The notes under the pieces are model-generated. The model was not told the DNA's origin. It did not search any database and saw only the letters and a list, made by a program, of their open reading frames with translations. Of a DNA stretch of 64,000 nt, positions 1 through 10,474 are shown piece after piece. Made by a program: the position numbers and the translations under genes. The DNA comes from Gemmatimonadales bacterium (GTDB lineage Bacteria; Gemmatimonadota; Gemmatimonadetes; Gemmatimonadales; GWC2-71-9): contig OZ252244.1 of assembly GCA_965249575.1 (NCBI GenBank), positions 352,001 to 416,000 on the forward strand, in the 5' to 3' direction. Within the stretch, counting starts at the first letter, position 1. Each line of letters begins with the position of its first letter.

Positions 1-171
1 GCTGAGCCGGAGCGCAAGCGACACCTGTTGAGGCTCTGGCTGGCCCCGCCAAACGGCCGGCCTCTGCCGCCGGTCTTCGAAGAGCGCTACGGCCAGATCG
101 AGGTTGGGACCCGTCGGGGAGGAATCACCGTTCCGGGCGCGGTCTTACACGCACCACTCGAGGCCGAGTAG
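1..171 (+). CDS. 3' end of a TauD/TfdA-family (2OG-Fe(II)) dioxygenase, partial
   Basis: Frame 1 reads AEPERKRHLLRLWLAPPNGRPLP...LEAE*. RxxRHLLRLWL is the typical C-terminal motif of TauD-like dioxygenases. Confidence 0.65.
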   Translation, partial: AEPERKRHLLRLWLAPPNGRPLPPVFEERYGQIEVGTRRGGITVPGAVLHAPLEAE

Positions 172-198
172 GACGTCCCGGTCCTCACGACCCGACAG

Positions 199-2313
199 GT
201 GAGCTACACGCGAGCCCCTCGATCACGGTTGGGGCGCCGTCCGGCGAGGCTCCTCGCGTTGGCGGCGCTCTGGCTGGTGCCGTCGGTCGCGCGCGCGCAG
301 CAGGCTGGCTGGAACGACCAACGAGCTCGGGTACTCGTCCAACGAGCGATCGACCGTCGGTCACGGCAATTCGCCGACAGCACACTGCGCGACTATGCTG
401 CTCGGGCTCACGGATACCTGGCCTTCCTCGGCCAGTTCGGTGAGGGCTTCACTGAGCCTCCACGGGCGGCAAAGGTCGACGAACTGGTCGTCGAAGTACT
501 ATGGCGAGCTCCCGATCTCAGCAAACAGCGACTGATCGGGCGCCGTGACACGCTCCTGCTCCCAGCCGACATCGACTACTACCGCTCTCGGTTCGGCATC
601 ATTCAAAACAACTTCCCGAACCTCATCCGGATGGGAGACGGCCGGGACGTTCGAGACGTCCCCCACCCGCTGTCCCCTACCGGGCTCGAACTGTACGACT
701 TCGCGATCACCGACTCCCTAAGCCTTCGCCTCCCGGACCGGACGATCGATGTCTATGCCGTCCGAATCCGGCCGCGGCAAGGCTCCGAGCCACGCGTCAT
801 CGGCACGGCCTACATCGACCGCGGCTCCGCGGCGGTTGCACGACTGACGTTCACCTTTACCCGACGGGCCCTGCTGGACACGCGAATCGAGACTCTGTCC
901 GTGGTGCTGGAGAACGCGCTGGTTGAGGCCCGGTACTGGTTGCCCGCGCGGCAAGAGGTCGAGGTGGTGCGGCGAGTCCGGTGGCTCGACTTCCCCGCGC
1001 GCGGCATCATTCGCGCCCGGTGGACGGTCTGCTGCTACGAGCTGAACGCGGGCCTCGATCGCCGGCTCTTCCTCGGACCCGAGATCGTGGGGGCGCCGGC
1101 GCCGGCCGACGACTTCTCGTGGACCGGCGACATTTTGGACTCGCTCCCACCTGACGTCGCGCTGCTGACGGACGACGACACACGCCGCGTGCTCGCACAA
1201 GCGCGAGAGGTCGCGGGGGCCAGTGCCATTGACCAACTCCGGGGAGGCGCGTTCTCGGCCCGGCGCATCTCGGATTTCGCTCGGTTCAATCGAGTCGAAG
1301 GGCTGGCGATCGGAGCGGGGGCCGTGCTGCGATTCGGGGGTGGAACGCAACTCGCGAGTTCCGGCCGCGTGGGCCTCGCCGACAAATCCCTGAAAGGTCG
1401 TATCGCGCTGGAGCGGCGACCGGTTCGAGGCCCAATGCTCTCTCTCTACACCGCCCGTGGGTTCCGTGAAGTTGGGGATGAGTTCGAGACCTCCCTCGCG
1501 CGCAACAGTCTCGCGGCGTCCCTATTCGGCGACGATAATACGGACCCATACGAGGTGCGGGCGGTGGGGGTCTCCGCGGATATCGAGGCAAACCCACGGA
1601 TGCACGTGCGTTTCGGGGCGTCTTACGAGTGGCAGCATCGACTGCAGGTAAACACGGCTCCCCTGGCCGGACGTTACGCGCCAACGATCCCGGCCTGGCC
1701 GCTCAGGGGCGCGCGCGCGTCGCTGACGTTGATTTCCCCAGGCAGCGCGGGGCCCTGGGGATCGCGGGTCGCATGGCGGGCTGAGTTCCGCGGGGGCCTA
1801 TCGGAGGGATGGGATACGACGCTTACCGCACAACCGCTCCAGTTCGGCAGAATCTACTTCCATGGGAGTTTGCACCGTTCGCTCGGCTCGCACCAACTGG
1901 TGTTGGAGACGCGCGCCGCCGCTGTGACCGCCGCCGCCGCCGGCGTTCCTCCGCAGGAGCTCGTTCTATTTGGGGGAGTTACCACGGGGCCTGGCTACCG
2001 CTTTCACGAGTTTGCGGGCACGCTCGCCGTCAGCCAGCGGGTCGAGTGGCGCATTCCAATGCCATTCGTTTCGATCCCCCTCGGTCGGTACGGGAGCACC
2101 CCTACGGTGGCGACGCTCGCTCCCTTCACCCACCTAGTTTACACGAGTGGCCCCCCGCCCTTCACCGCGGCACGGAGCGGCCTGTATCCTTCAGTGGGTC
2201 TCGGATTGGAGATCCTGTTCGATCTGCTGCGCATCCAGGTCGCACGGGGGTTGCGGGGAGGGCGCTGGACCTTCTCGGCGGACGTTACCCACCAGCTTTG
2301 GAGTATCCTCTGA
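199..2313 (+). CDS. Secreted / outer-membrane beta-barrel protein (DUF5686/surface-antigen-like)
   Basis: 704-aa ORF with signal peptide (ARA-Q), an RFNRVEG motif and amphipathic C-terminal strands with aromatic residues. Confidence 0.6.
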   Translation: MSYTRAPRSRLGRRPARLLALAALWLVPSVARAQQAGWNDQRARVLVQRAIDRRSRQFADSTLRDYAARAHGYLAFLGQFGEGFTEPPRAAKVDELVVEVLWRAPDLSKQRLIGRRDTLLLPADIDYYRSRFGIIQNNFPNLIRMGDGRDVRDVPHPLSPTGLELYDFAITDSLSLRLPDRTIDVYAVRIRPRQGSEPRVIGTAYIDRGSAAVARLTFTFTRRALLDTRIETLSVVLENALVEARYWLPARQEVEVVRRVRWLDFPARGIIRARWTVCCYELNAGLDRRLFLGPEIVGAPAPADDFSWTGDILDSLPPDVALLTDDDTRRVLAQAREVAGASAIDQLRGGAFSARRISDFARFNRVEGLAIGAGAVLRFGGGTQLASSGRVGLADKSLKGRIALERRPVRGPMLSLYTARGFREVGDEFETSLARNSLAASLFGDDNTDPYEVRAVGVSADIEANPRMHVRFGASYEWQHRLQVNTAPLAGRYAPTIPAWPLRGARASLTLISPGSAGPWGSRVAWRAEFRGGLSEGWDTTLTAQPLQFGRIYFHGSLHRSLGSHQLVLETRAAAVTAAAAGVPPQELVLFGGVTTGPGYRFHEFAGTLAVSQRVEWRIPMPFVSIPLGRYGSTPTVATLAPFTHLVYTSGPPPFTAARSGLYPSVGLGLEILFDLLRIQVARGLRGGRWTFSADVTHQLWSIL

Positions 2314-2517
2314 TCCTCCGTAGGATGCCGCCGATCGCGGTGATTCACGGTCAATGCAATCACCATGTCCACCGCTCGCGCAGGGTATCGTTAGGATCAT
2401 TCTGGCAGTGGGCGTCCACGAGCGGCAAACACGGCCCCAGCCAGTGCTGGTGGGTGTTGCGGAGGGGGCGGATGCGCGTTCCGTTGCGCGTAACGCGCAG
2501 CTACGTCGTGCCGCTTA

Positions 2518-4293
2518 TCACGCGGCGTGGGCGTGCGGACCTACCGCGCCCCCGCCCTGCAGGAAGATCTCACCGAAAAATCGGCGAACCCCACGGCGCA
2601 GAAACGAAGTGAGGTAGACGATGGACAGCGCGGCGACGGAGAACATCTGCAGGGGCGAAGCCGCGCGTGCCACGACCTCATCCAGCGCTTGTACCGGCAG
2701 GGCTGGGAACGCGGCGTTGACGGCATACCCAATGCCCGCGGAGAATCCGATCATCGCGACCGAAAACGCGACGGCTGCCTTCCGTCCGTGGTACTCCGCG
2801 ATGACGCCAAACGTCGTCACGTTCGTAGCCGGACCGGTTAGCAGGAACGCCATCGCGGCCCCGGGTGAAACGCCGGCCGAGAGAAGCGCGGCCACGAGCG
2901 GCGTCGCAGCGGAGGCGCACACGTAGGCGGGAATCCCCAGCAGCGTGAATAAGAGAACGTCGAGCCCCGGACCCAGTTGTGTCATTCGGCTCGCCGAGAC
3001 GAGCGGCTCGGCGATCGCCGCTACACCCAGACCGAGCAGAATCCACGGCGCAGTGTGATCCACGGCCTCACCCAGCCCCCATCGAAGTCCACCACGCAGC
3101 CGCGCGCCCGCGGGTTGCTCCGGAACGGCTTTTGTCGCAGTCGTTCCGTCGGGCGGTGCCGGCCGAGCCGGGATCCAACCACCGACTACCCGGCCGACGA
3201 GCAGCGCAAGGAGAATCGCCGTGGCGACGCGCAACAGGGTCATCGGCCCGCCCAGTAACGGAATGGAAATGAACACCGCATCCAAGCCCAACTCGGGCGT
3301 AGCGATCAGGAACGCAATAGCCGCCGTCGGTGGCGCGCCCCTTCGAATGAGCGACCCGTAGAGCGGAACGACCCCACAAGAGCAGATCGGCATTGGCAGG
3401 CCGACCGCCATTCCCCGAAACGCCCGGCCCCATCCGCCACCCGCCCGCATCCACCTCACCGAGGACTCCGGGAGGAACGCCGACAGAATTCCGGCCGCAA
3501 CATGCGCCAGCAGCAGTGCTGGCGCGCTCTCCAGCGCGAGCACGCCGAAAGTGCGTATCGCGCGGGTAGCAGCCAGCCCACCTTCCGCCCAAGCACCCCC
3601 GCCCACGATGGCAGCGAGAAATCCTGCCGCCAGGACCGCGCCCAACCCCTCCCGCCAGCCGTAGCGCGGGGTCGCCCCTCGCTCGGGGCTGAGGTGTGGA
3701 CGATGGAACACGACGTGTAGCAGGGATCCGCCGACAAACGCCTCGAACCACAGCACCGCCTGGCCACTGAGCGCCGACGTCAGCTTCGGCCCGAGCGCAA
3801 ACCCACCCACCGTGCTCGCGGCAACCAGCGACACGACGGCCAGTGGCGCGACCACCCCGAAGGGCCGGACCAGCCACCACAGGGTCAAACCGATCGGCAC
3901 TCGGTGCAGCACAATCGCGTACGGCAGCTGCGAACCGTGAGCATTCGGTGTGGTGGCTCCACCGCCCGGCGTGAGAGCGGCGCCGTCCACCATTGCGTGG
4001 ATCAGGAGGCCGACCAGAGCGAGCCCGAAGGCGCCCAGAAACGTGGTCTGCTCCGCGCGCCTGAATCCGTGCTCCGCGATCGTGGGGATGACCAAGCCCG
4101 CCAGGGCGAACACGATCATCAACCAGTCGCCCCGTCCGAGCATGGGTGGAAGGATACGCAGCAAGACGAGTCCGCTGATGGCAACCAGCACGAACCCGTC
4201 GAGAAACGTCATCCACGGCTGCCGGCTTCGAAGCAATCGGTAGACGACCGGCCCTGCCCCAAGGGCGACCAGGCTGGCGACGAGAAAGAGCAT
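2518..4293 (-). CDS. Permease: N-terminal ZIP-like domain fused to DUF318/ArsP (SO_0444-like metal efflux) domain
   Basis: Many TM segments. HAMVDG and HRVPIG are ZIP-like motifs; PICSCGVVP, ATPELG, YVCASAATP and GPATN are DUF318 motifs. ATG 4293 chosen over the ORF-track start 4344. Confidence 0.8.
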   Translation of the reverse strand: MLFLVASLVALGAGPVVYRLLRSRQPWMTFLDGFVLVAISGLVLLRILPPMLGRGDWLMIVFALAGLVIPTIAEHGFRRAEQTTFLGAFGLALVGLLIHAMVDGAALTPGGGATTPNAHGSQLPYAIVLHRVPIGLTLWWLVRPFGVVAPLAVVSLVAASTVGGFALGPKLTSALSGQAVLWFEAFVGGSLLHVVFHRPHLSPERGATPRYGWREGLGAVLAAGFLAAIVGGGAWAEGGLAATRAIRTFGVLALESAPALLLAHVAAGILSAFLPESSVRWMRAGGGWGRAFRGMAVGLPMPICSCGVVPLYGSLIRRGAPPTAAIAFLIATPELGLDAVFISIPLLGGPMTLLRVATAILLALLVGRVVGGWIPARPAPPDGTTATKAVPEQPAGARLRGGLRWGLGEAVDHTAPWILLGLGVAAIAEPLVSASRMTQLGPGLDVLLFTLLGIPAYVCASAATPLVAALLSAGVSPGAAMAFLLTGPATNVTTFGVIAEYHGRKAAVAFSVAMIGFSAGIGYAVNAAFPALPVQALDEVVARAASPLQMFSVAALSIVYLTSFLRRGVRRFFGEIFLQGGGAVGPHAHAA

Positions 4294-4521
4294 CGCCGGT
4301 GAGTCCTCGACTGAGATGATCAGGGCCGTGCGAGGCGGACCCACGCTGCCAACGCCGCCCGGAACGGAAAGATGATTGGAGATCCAATCAGGGTGTACGG
4401 TATCACGGGGCCTGAATCATGACAAGGCGCTTCGACTCTGGCTGCGGGGTCCCTGCCGCCCGGCTGGACGGAACCCTCGAAATCAGTGCAGATTCTCGAA
4501 TCTTTGGAGAGGACACTGCCA

Positions 4522-4878
4522 ATGGCCGAGACCATCTTCGGCAAGATCATCCGAGGCGAGATTCCCGCGGATATCGTGTATCAGGACGCGCATGTGACGG
4601 CCTTTCGCGACATTCAACCCCAGGCGCCGACGCACGTGCTCGTGGTCCCCAATCAGGCGATCGAATCGGCCGCAGACGTCACCGAGGACCACGAGCCCGT
4701 CTTGGGACGCATGTTCACCGTCGCCAGGAGAGTGGCTGAGCAGGAGGGGATCGCCGAGGGGGGGTACCGGCTGATCGTGAACTGCCGGGCGGACGGGGGC
4801 CAGGAGGTGGACCACCTCCACATGCACCTGCTCGGTGGCCGGCCAATGGGACCGATGCTCTCTCGGAGGTCCACGTGA
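4522..4878 (+). CDS. hinT: Histidine triad (HIT) nucleotide-binding protein
   Basis: TIFGKII...[14 protein letters not shown]...[15 protein letters not shown] (HxHxH triad); GGAGAGG RBS upstream. Confidence 0.92.
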   Translation: MAETIFGKIIRGEIPADIVYQDAHVTAFRDIQPQAPTHVLVVPNQAIESAADVTEDHEPVLGRMFTVARRVAEQEGIAEGGYRLIVNCRADGGQEVDHLHMHLLGGRPMGPMLSRRST

Positions 4879-5447
4879 GGGACGTAGGGGGCGAAAGCGA
4901 GTATATTTCGTTAGACGCGCACGGACCTCGGGCGAGGATTGACCTCATGGTTCGAACGATTGGACACGATCGTCAGCTAGACACTCGCACGCGAGTCGCG
5001 AGGAGGGCCGCGGGACTGGGGCTGGTCCTGTTGCTACTCGGCGCCGAGGCGTCGTCAGAGGGTCCACTCGCCCTCGCCGACCCGGTCGATGTTGACTGGA
5101 AGATGCTGAGCGGGCTCGATTACCGGACAGGTGACATGACCGACGAGCTGAGAAAGCTCGACGGCGAATACGTCCGGATCGCGGGATACATGGTGCCGCT
5201 CGACGATTTCGCGGACGGTGTCACCGAGTTCCTGCTGGTGCCCTACGTTGGCGCGTGTATACATACCCCACCCCCTCCACCCAACCAGATCGTGTACGTG
5301 CCCATGGAGCGTGGCCAGATGGTGAACGTCGAATGGTGGGATCCCATCTGGGTGCATGGCTTTCTCGAGATCAGCTCCGTCGAGAGCGCATACGGGGTCG
5401 TCGGCTTCCAGCTCCTGGGCGATCAGGTCGAGCCGTATCACTACTAG
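4875..5447 (+). CDS. DUF3299 domain protein (ZrgD-like)
   Basis: [15 protein letters not shown]...[25 protein letters not shown] signature; true start may be ATG 4947. Confidence 0.88.
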   Translation: MRDVGGESEYISLDAHGPRARIDLMVRTIGHDRQLDTRTRVARRAAGLGLVLLLLGAEASSEGPLALADPVDVDWKMLSGLDYRTGDMTDELRKLDGEYVRIAGYMVPLDDFADGVTEFLLVPYVGACIHTPPPPPNQIVYVPMERGQMVNVEWWDPIWVHGFLEISSVESAYGVVGFQLLGDQVEPYHY

Positions 5448-5555
5448 CCGGCGCCCCCGGTGCCAGTGCCGTTTTCGGACCGGCTACGCCCCTACAGAGA
5501 TCGCGCGCCACGCTGAGCGCCTCGCTCCTCGTCCAGCCGTGAGCCCCGTGGACCT

Positions 5556-6284
5556 TTGATGCACGCGGACCCCGGACCGGTCGACGGCCGCCCCGTCGCG
5601 AACGCGATCGAGTTACGGAATCTCACGTTTGGGTACCGGGTCGGCACCCCGATCCTCGACATCCCGCATTTGGAGATCGCCCGCAGACAGCGCGTGTTCG
5701 TCTATGGACCGAGTGGCAGCGGGAAGACCACACTGCTCGGTCTCATGGCCGGCGTCTTGCGCGCGAACGCGGGCACGGTCAGTGTCCTCGGGCAGGATTT
5801 CACTTCGATATCGGGATCGAAACGCGACGCGTTTCGCGCGCTACACATCGGTTACATCTTTCAGATGTTCAACCTCATCCCCTACCTGACGGTCCTCGAA
5901 AACATCGAGCTCCCGTGCCGGATCAACCGGACCCGTCGCCATCGGCTCGGCAAGACTCGGCTACGCGAGGCCGCCGTCGAGATCGCCGACCACCTGGGAA
6001 TAGCACAGCTGGCTGCGGAACGTGTTACCGACCTGAGTGTCGGGCAGCAGCAGCGCGTCGCGGCAGCGCGGGCCCTTCTTGGCTCCCCGGAGATCGTCGT
6101 CGCGGACGAACCCACCTCGTCGCTCGACGCCGACAGGCGGGAGAGCTTCCTCGATCTCCTGTTTCGGAACTGCGCCGAGGCCGGGTCAACACTGGTGTTC
6201 GTGAGCCATGACCAACTGCTCACATCCCACTTCGACCAAACCATCTCGCTCCCCGACATCAACACTGCTTCCCTGGCGAAGTAG
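5556..6284 (+). CDS. ABC transporter ATP-binding protein (LolD/ZrgB-like)
   Basis: Walker A GPSGSGKT, signature LSVGQQQR, Walker B VVADEPT, H-loop VSHD. Confidence 0.93.
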   Translation: MMHADPGPVDGRPVANAIELRNLTFGYRVGTPILDIPHLEIARRQRVFVYGPSGSGKTTLLGLMAGVLRANAGTVSVLGQDFTSISGSKRDAFRALHIGYIFQMFNLIPYLTVLENIELPCRINRTRRHRLGKTRLREAAVEIADHLGIAQLAAERVTDLSVGQQQRVAAARALLGSPEIVVADEPTSSLDADRRESFLDLLFRNCAEAGSTLVFVSHDQLLTSHFDQTISLPDINTASLAK

Positions 6285-7547
6285 ATGCTCGTACCCCTCC
6301 TCGCCTGGAAATCCCTCCGCAACCGGCTGCTGACCACGGCGCTCACGGTCGGAACGATCGCGCTGAGCGTCGCATTGCTCGTCGGCGTGGAGAACGTCCG
6401 CATCGGGATGCGTGAGAGCTTTGCCAACACCATCCGGCAGACCGACCTCATTGTTGGGGCGCGCGGTGGCACCATGCAACTCGTGCTCTATTCCGTGTTC
6501 GGCATGGGATCGCCGACCAACAACCTCTCGTACGCGTCCTACGAGCGGTTCCACTCCCACCCGGCCGTCGCATGGACCATCCCGTACTCTCTTGGCGACA
6601 ACCATCGTGGATTCCGAGTAGTCGGGACGAACCACGCCTTCTTCGAGCGATATCGTTTCCGGAACGACCGCCACGTCGAGCTGGAGCGCGGCAGCAGGTT
6701 TCAGAGCGTGTTCGAAGTGGTATTGGGGAGCGACGTGGCGAGCGAACTGGGTTACGAGATCGGCCAGCCGGTTCCCGTAGCACACGGGCTCAGTGCAACG
6801 GGATTCGTCACCCACGACGACAAACCCTTCACCGCCGTGGGTATTCTGAGAAAGACCTCAACGCCTTTGGACCGGGCTCTCTTTCTCCCCCTGGAGGGCG
6901 TCGAGGCCATCCACGTCGACTGGCGTGATGGAGCCCCCCCTTTCCCCGGAACGGAGATCAGTGCGGAAGAGATCGTGGAGAGCGAGCTGGAGGTACGTCA
7001 GATTACCTCGTTCTTCCTCGGCACAAAGTCTCGCATGGACGCGCTGCGCCTGCAGCGTGAGATCAACACGTTTGGTGGCGAGCCCCTGCTCGCTGTACTC
7101 CCCGGAGTGGCCCTGAACCAGATGTGGCGCGCAATCAGTTATGCGGAGGACGGACTGAGGGTCATCACGATCTTCGTCGTGATCGTCGGACTCTTGGGGA
7201 TGTTGGTGTCTGTGTACACGTCGCTGAACGCCAGACGGCGCGAAATGGCGATACTCCGCGCCGTCGGCGCGGGACCGGGCCGCATTATCGGACTACTCGT
7301 TCTAGAGGCCGGGTTTCTGGCGGTCGCGGGCAGCATCCTGGGCGTCGTCATGGTGTACACCCTCTTGATCGGCGCCCAACCTATCATCGAGAGTCAATTC
7401 GGGCTCTATCTGCCCATCCGACCACTCGGCGCGATCGAGTACACCTACCTCGCTGGGGTGGTGGCGGCCGGTTTTCTCATGGGTTTCGTACCCGCGTTCA
7501 AAGCATACCGCACTTCCCTCACGGACGGATTGAGCGTTCGCGTCTAG
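6285..7547 (+). CDS. ABC transporter permease, MacB/FtsX-type (ZrgC-like)
   Basis: LAWKSLRNR start, large periplasmic domain, RRREMAILRAVGA motif and three C-terminal TM helices; starts immediately after the ATPase stop. Confidence 0.9.
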   Translation: MLVPLLAWKSLRNRLLTTALTVGTIALSVALLVGVENVRIGMRESFANTIRQTDLIVGARGGTMQLVLYSVFGMGSPTNNLSYASYERFHSHPAVAWTIPYSLGDNHRGFRVVGTNHAFFERYRFRNDRHVELERGSRFQSVFEVVLGSDVASELGYEIGQPVPVAHGLSATGFVTHDDKPFTAVGILRKTSTPLDRALFLPLEGVEAIHVDWRDGAPPFPGTEISAEEIVESELEVRQITSFFLGTKSRMDALRLQREINTFGGEPLLAVLPGVALNQMWRAISYAEDGLRVITIFVVIVGLLGMLVSVYTSLNARRREMAILRAVGAGPGRIIGLLVLEAGFLAVAGSILGVVMVYTLLIGAQPIIESQFGLYLPIRPLGAIEYTYLAGVVAAGFLMGFVPAFKAYRTSLTDGLSVRV

Positions 7548-7594
7548 GGCCGCTCGCGAATTCGACGTCACCGTCGCCGTACGGCCCCACCGCA

Positions 7595-8170
7595 TCAGTA
7601 TCCTGGCTCGTTCCCGGGCTTCCATTTGATGTTGCACCCCAGACTTGGCGTCTGTTCGGATGGGACTGCCCGACCCCCGAGAACCGCCGCAATCGCGGCT
7701 CGCAGGTCCGAGCCCGTCACCGGTACATTGTTTCCGGGACGGCTGCCGTCGAGCTGACCCCGGTAGACCAGGCTACCTCCCCCATCGAACAGAAAGAAAT
7801 CGGGCGTACACGCAGCCTGAAACGTCCTCGCGACCTCCTGGGTTGGATCCAGCAGGTACGGAAACGTCCAGCCTTCCGCCTGAGCAAGCGCTTTCATGTG
7901 CTCGGGGCCGTCCTGAGGATACGCCCCGATATCATTCGAGTTGATCGCTACCACTCCCAGCCCCTGACCGCCGTAGTCCGCGGGAACACGTCCCAGCTCC
8001 TGCCGAACGTGCTGGACGAATGGGCAGTGATTGCAGATAAACATGACGAGGAGCGCTTTGGACTCGCGGAAGTCCGCGGGCGTGACCACGGCACCGTCCA
8101 CCGCGTTCTGGAGTGAGAAAACAGGGAGGGCTGTGCCCCGCGCCAACATCGTCGAGGGAGTTCGTGCCAT
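7595..8170 (-). CDS. Thioredoxin-like / AhpC-TSA family protein
   Basis: FICNHCPFV (CxxC), AACTPDFFLFD, YRGQLD and SLGCNIKW motifs. Confidence 0.9.
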   Translation of the reverse strand: MARTPSTMLARGTALPVFSLQNAVDGAVVTPADFRESKALLVMFICNHCPFVQHVRQELGRVPADYGGQGLGVVAINSNDIGAYPQDGPEHMKALAQAEGWTFPYLLDPTQEVARTFQAACTPDFFLFDGGGSLVYRGQLDGSRPGNNVPVTGSDLRAAIAAVLGGRAVPSEQTPSLGCNIKWKPGNEPGY

Positions 8171-8455
8171 GAAACGCCTCCAGCAGGATTGCTCCGACAT
8201 CGCACCGATCGTGGAAACGTCAACCGACCAGCGCCAAAGTCCGAGTACCTGACAGAATAACCTGCCGGAGCACCTCGTCGAAATCCCAGCAAACTACCCG
8301 ACCAGACCATGACGGGGTCGCGCGGGAGCTAATCAGTTGTCGTTACGAAGGGTGCACGAATCGCGCGTACGCCGGGTCACCCCCCCGGGGGGCCGGGCGA
8401 GGCGGCCAACTCGCTGCGCCGCGCCCGTCGGTGGGCGGGATGACCCGCAGGAGGA

Positions 8456-8800
8456 TTACGACTTGGCGACGAACGTTGTAAACGAGTCGACCTGCGTGCC
8501 ACCAATCTGCTGCACCAGAATCGTGACCCTCTTCGGACTCTGGCCCTCGACTTCCCAGGTGACGTCGAGCCCGTCAATCGTTTCCTGACCCGGCCCCAAC
8601 GCATCGTAGCCGGCACGCCGGAGCTCGTCGACCTTCGCGTTGACAACGTTCCAGGTAGCCGCAGTCCCTTCGCCACTGATCGCGAGCGGATTGGCAAATC
8701 CGCTTTCTGCGTCCCGCGCGTGGAAGAACGCGTATCCCTTTACGACAGGGGCGAGAGGCCCGAGAACGAGCGCTACAATCGCGATTCGGGAGCCTTCCGG
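8456..8800 (-). CDS. Hypothetical protein resembling the body of a type IV pilin/pseudopilin; start not identifiable
   Basis: Hydrophobic IAIVALVLGPLA followed by KVDELRRAGY...VTWEV...VTILV...DSFTTFV. No prepilin GFTLxE motif or clear start codon seen. Confidence 0.35.
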   Translation of the reverse strand, partial: PEGSRIAIVALVLGPLAPVVKGYAFFHARDAESGFANPLAISGEGTAATWNVVNAKVDELRRAGYDALGPGQETIDGLDVTWEVEGQSPKRVTILVQQIGGTQVDSFTTFVAKS

Positions 8801-8837
8801 GAAACGGCCGACGGCTTTGGAGCGCCGTCCACGCTCT

Positions 8838-10274
8838 TTACCTGATCGCAACCCGCGCGCGCGGCGGCGCGCCCTCCGGTCCGTTGTCCCAGTCCTGCAC
8901 GCTCGAGATGTTCGGCATGCCCCACTGATGGCCGTTCCAGCCGTCGAACCCATCCATCTCGACCGCCCAAAAACCACTTCGCTTGTCGCTAATGACGATC
9001 AGGCCGTCAGCGTTGCGGACGTCGACGCCGAACGCCCCATCCATCCCGCCGGCCTGGCCCGATCCCTCCGCGCCGCCCGGTAGGAGGCATTCGCACGTGT
9101 AGTAGTAGCCGACCGTGTAGGGATTGGTCGGGTCCATCATGTTGAATACTTGCAGGCCGTCCATGTAACCCGATACGAACACGTAGGGCCACCGGATCTC
9201 GTGGTTGTGCGCGTTGCCGTCCCAGGATCCGAGCCAGGCGCCGATCGGTCTGGAGATGTTCTTGACCTCCCCATCAAGCCCGGGCTTCAGGTCGAACAGC
9301 CGCAGCGGCGAGTATTGGTACTCGACCTCCGTGACCGCGTACCGTCCGTCGGGTGTCGGCGTCAACGTGTGACCATACGAGACGCCCGCGACGCCGGTGA
9401 TCGAGGTGATGAGCGTTGGCTGTTCGGGCTCAGATACATCGAAGACGTAATAACCGCCGAAGCCGGCGCCATAGAACTTGTCCTGTCGCGTCGCCGGATC
9501 GTAGGCGACGTAGAAGTCGTGGTATCCCCCGAACGGCGTGCCCTGAGTCTCCGGAACGGGCACCCGGGAGATGCGGCCCTGGCTCGCATCGCCGCTCAGA
9601 AACTTCTCCATGTCATAGATGTTGGCGTGGGCGGCGCGCACGGTCGTGAAGAGAAGCACGCGGCCATCCGAATGCTTGTATGCAAACATGTTGTGGAAGC
9701 CGCCCGGCGTCTCGGGCGTGCGGATGAGATCCACCAGTTTCACCGAGGTCGTATCGGGCAGGCCGGTCACGTCGAGAACGGCGGCGCCGACATCGGCGTT
9801 GAGACCCCCTTGCCGAAACTGGAGCGACGCTACGTCATAGTACCGGCCCTTCAGCTTGAAATACTTGTTGTCCATCCCACCGGAGGGATTGTGTAGCTCC
9901 TGCTGGTCGATCCGCCAGCTGTAGAGCAGCTTCGGCTTGCTCGGATCCTGGAGGCTGATGATGTCGACACCCTTCGAGGGAACGCGATGCGGCTGGTCTG
10001 ACCGCGGGAGAAAATCCCGCCGGGGCATGTACGCGTAGGGCCGACTCAATTCCTGCTCTACCTCGATGTCCGCCGTGGTGCGGGACCAACCCAATGGAAG
10101 GTGTCCGACCACTCGGACGTTCCGGCTCCCGCCATGATGAGGGTTGCGCAGGCTGTTGTCCGGATCGTTCATCGCTCGGGTCTGCGCATGCGCAGCGGAA
10201 ACCAGGCCGGTTCCCAATGCGATCGTCAGGCCAATCGTTGCGAACATTGCGTGTTGACGTACCATATTGAGCAC
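8838..10274 (-). CDS. Secreted His-rich beta-propeller (LVIVD-repeat-like) protein, paralog 1 of 3
   Basis: Signal peptide (AHA-Q); motifs GGFHNMFAYKHSDG, YHD, GHTLTPTPDG, HNHEIRWPY; clearly homologous to 45457..46842 and 47051..48436. Confidence 0.8.
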   Translation of the reverse strand: MLNMVRQHAMFATIGLTIALGTGLVSAAHAQTRAMNDPDNSLRNPHHGGSRNVRVVGHLPLGWSRTTADIEVEQELSRPYAYMPRRDFLPRSDQPHRVPSKGVDIISLQDPSKPKLLYSWRIDQQELHNPSGGMDNKYFKLKGRYYDVASLQFRQGGLNADVGAAVLDVTGLPDTTSVKLVDLIRTPETPGGFHNMFAYKHSDGRVLLFTTVRAAHANIYDMEKFLSGDASQGRISRVPVPETQGTPFGGYHDFYVAYDPATRQDKFYGAGFGGYYVFDVSEPEQPTLITSITGVAGVSYGHTLTPTPDGRYAVTEVEYQYSPLRLFDLKPGLDGEVKNISRPIGAWLGSWDGNAHNHEIRWPYVFVSGYMDGLQVFNMMDPTNPYTVGYYYTCECLLPGGAEGSGQAGGMDGAFGVDVRNADGLIVISDKRSGFWAVEMDGFDGWNGHQWGMPNISSVQDWDNGPEGAPPRARVAIR

Positions 10275-10474
10275 CCTCTTGGTGAATGAAGGTCGGAACG
10301 CGGGCGGCTAGGATACCTAGCCAGCAGATGAGGAGCTAGGACGCTAGCGGCCCGCGGAGACTTGGCACCCCCGCCCGTTGGGAGTTTAGACGGTTGGTAC
10401 CTCCAAAGGGTTTCAGCCGGCTTCGACTGGCGGCGCCCGGAGCGGCCGGGCGAGCTCACAAGCGAGGAAGGACT

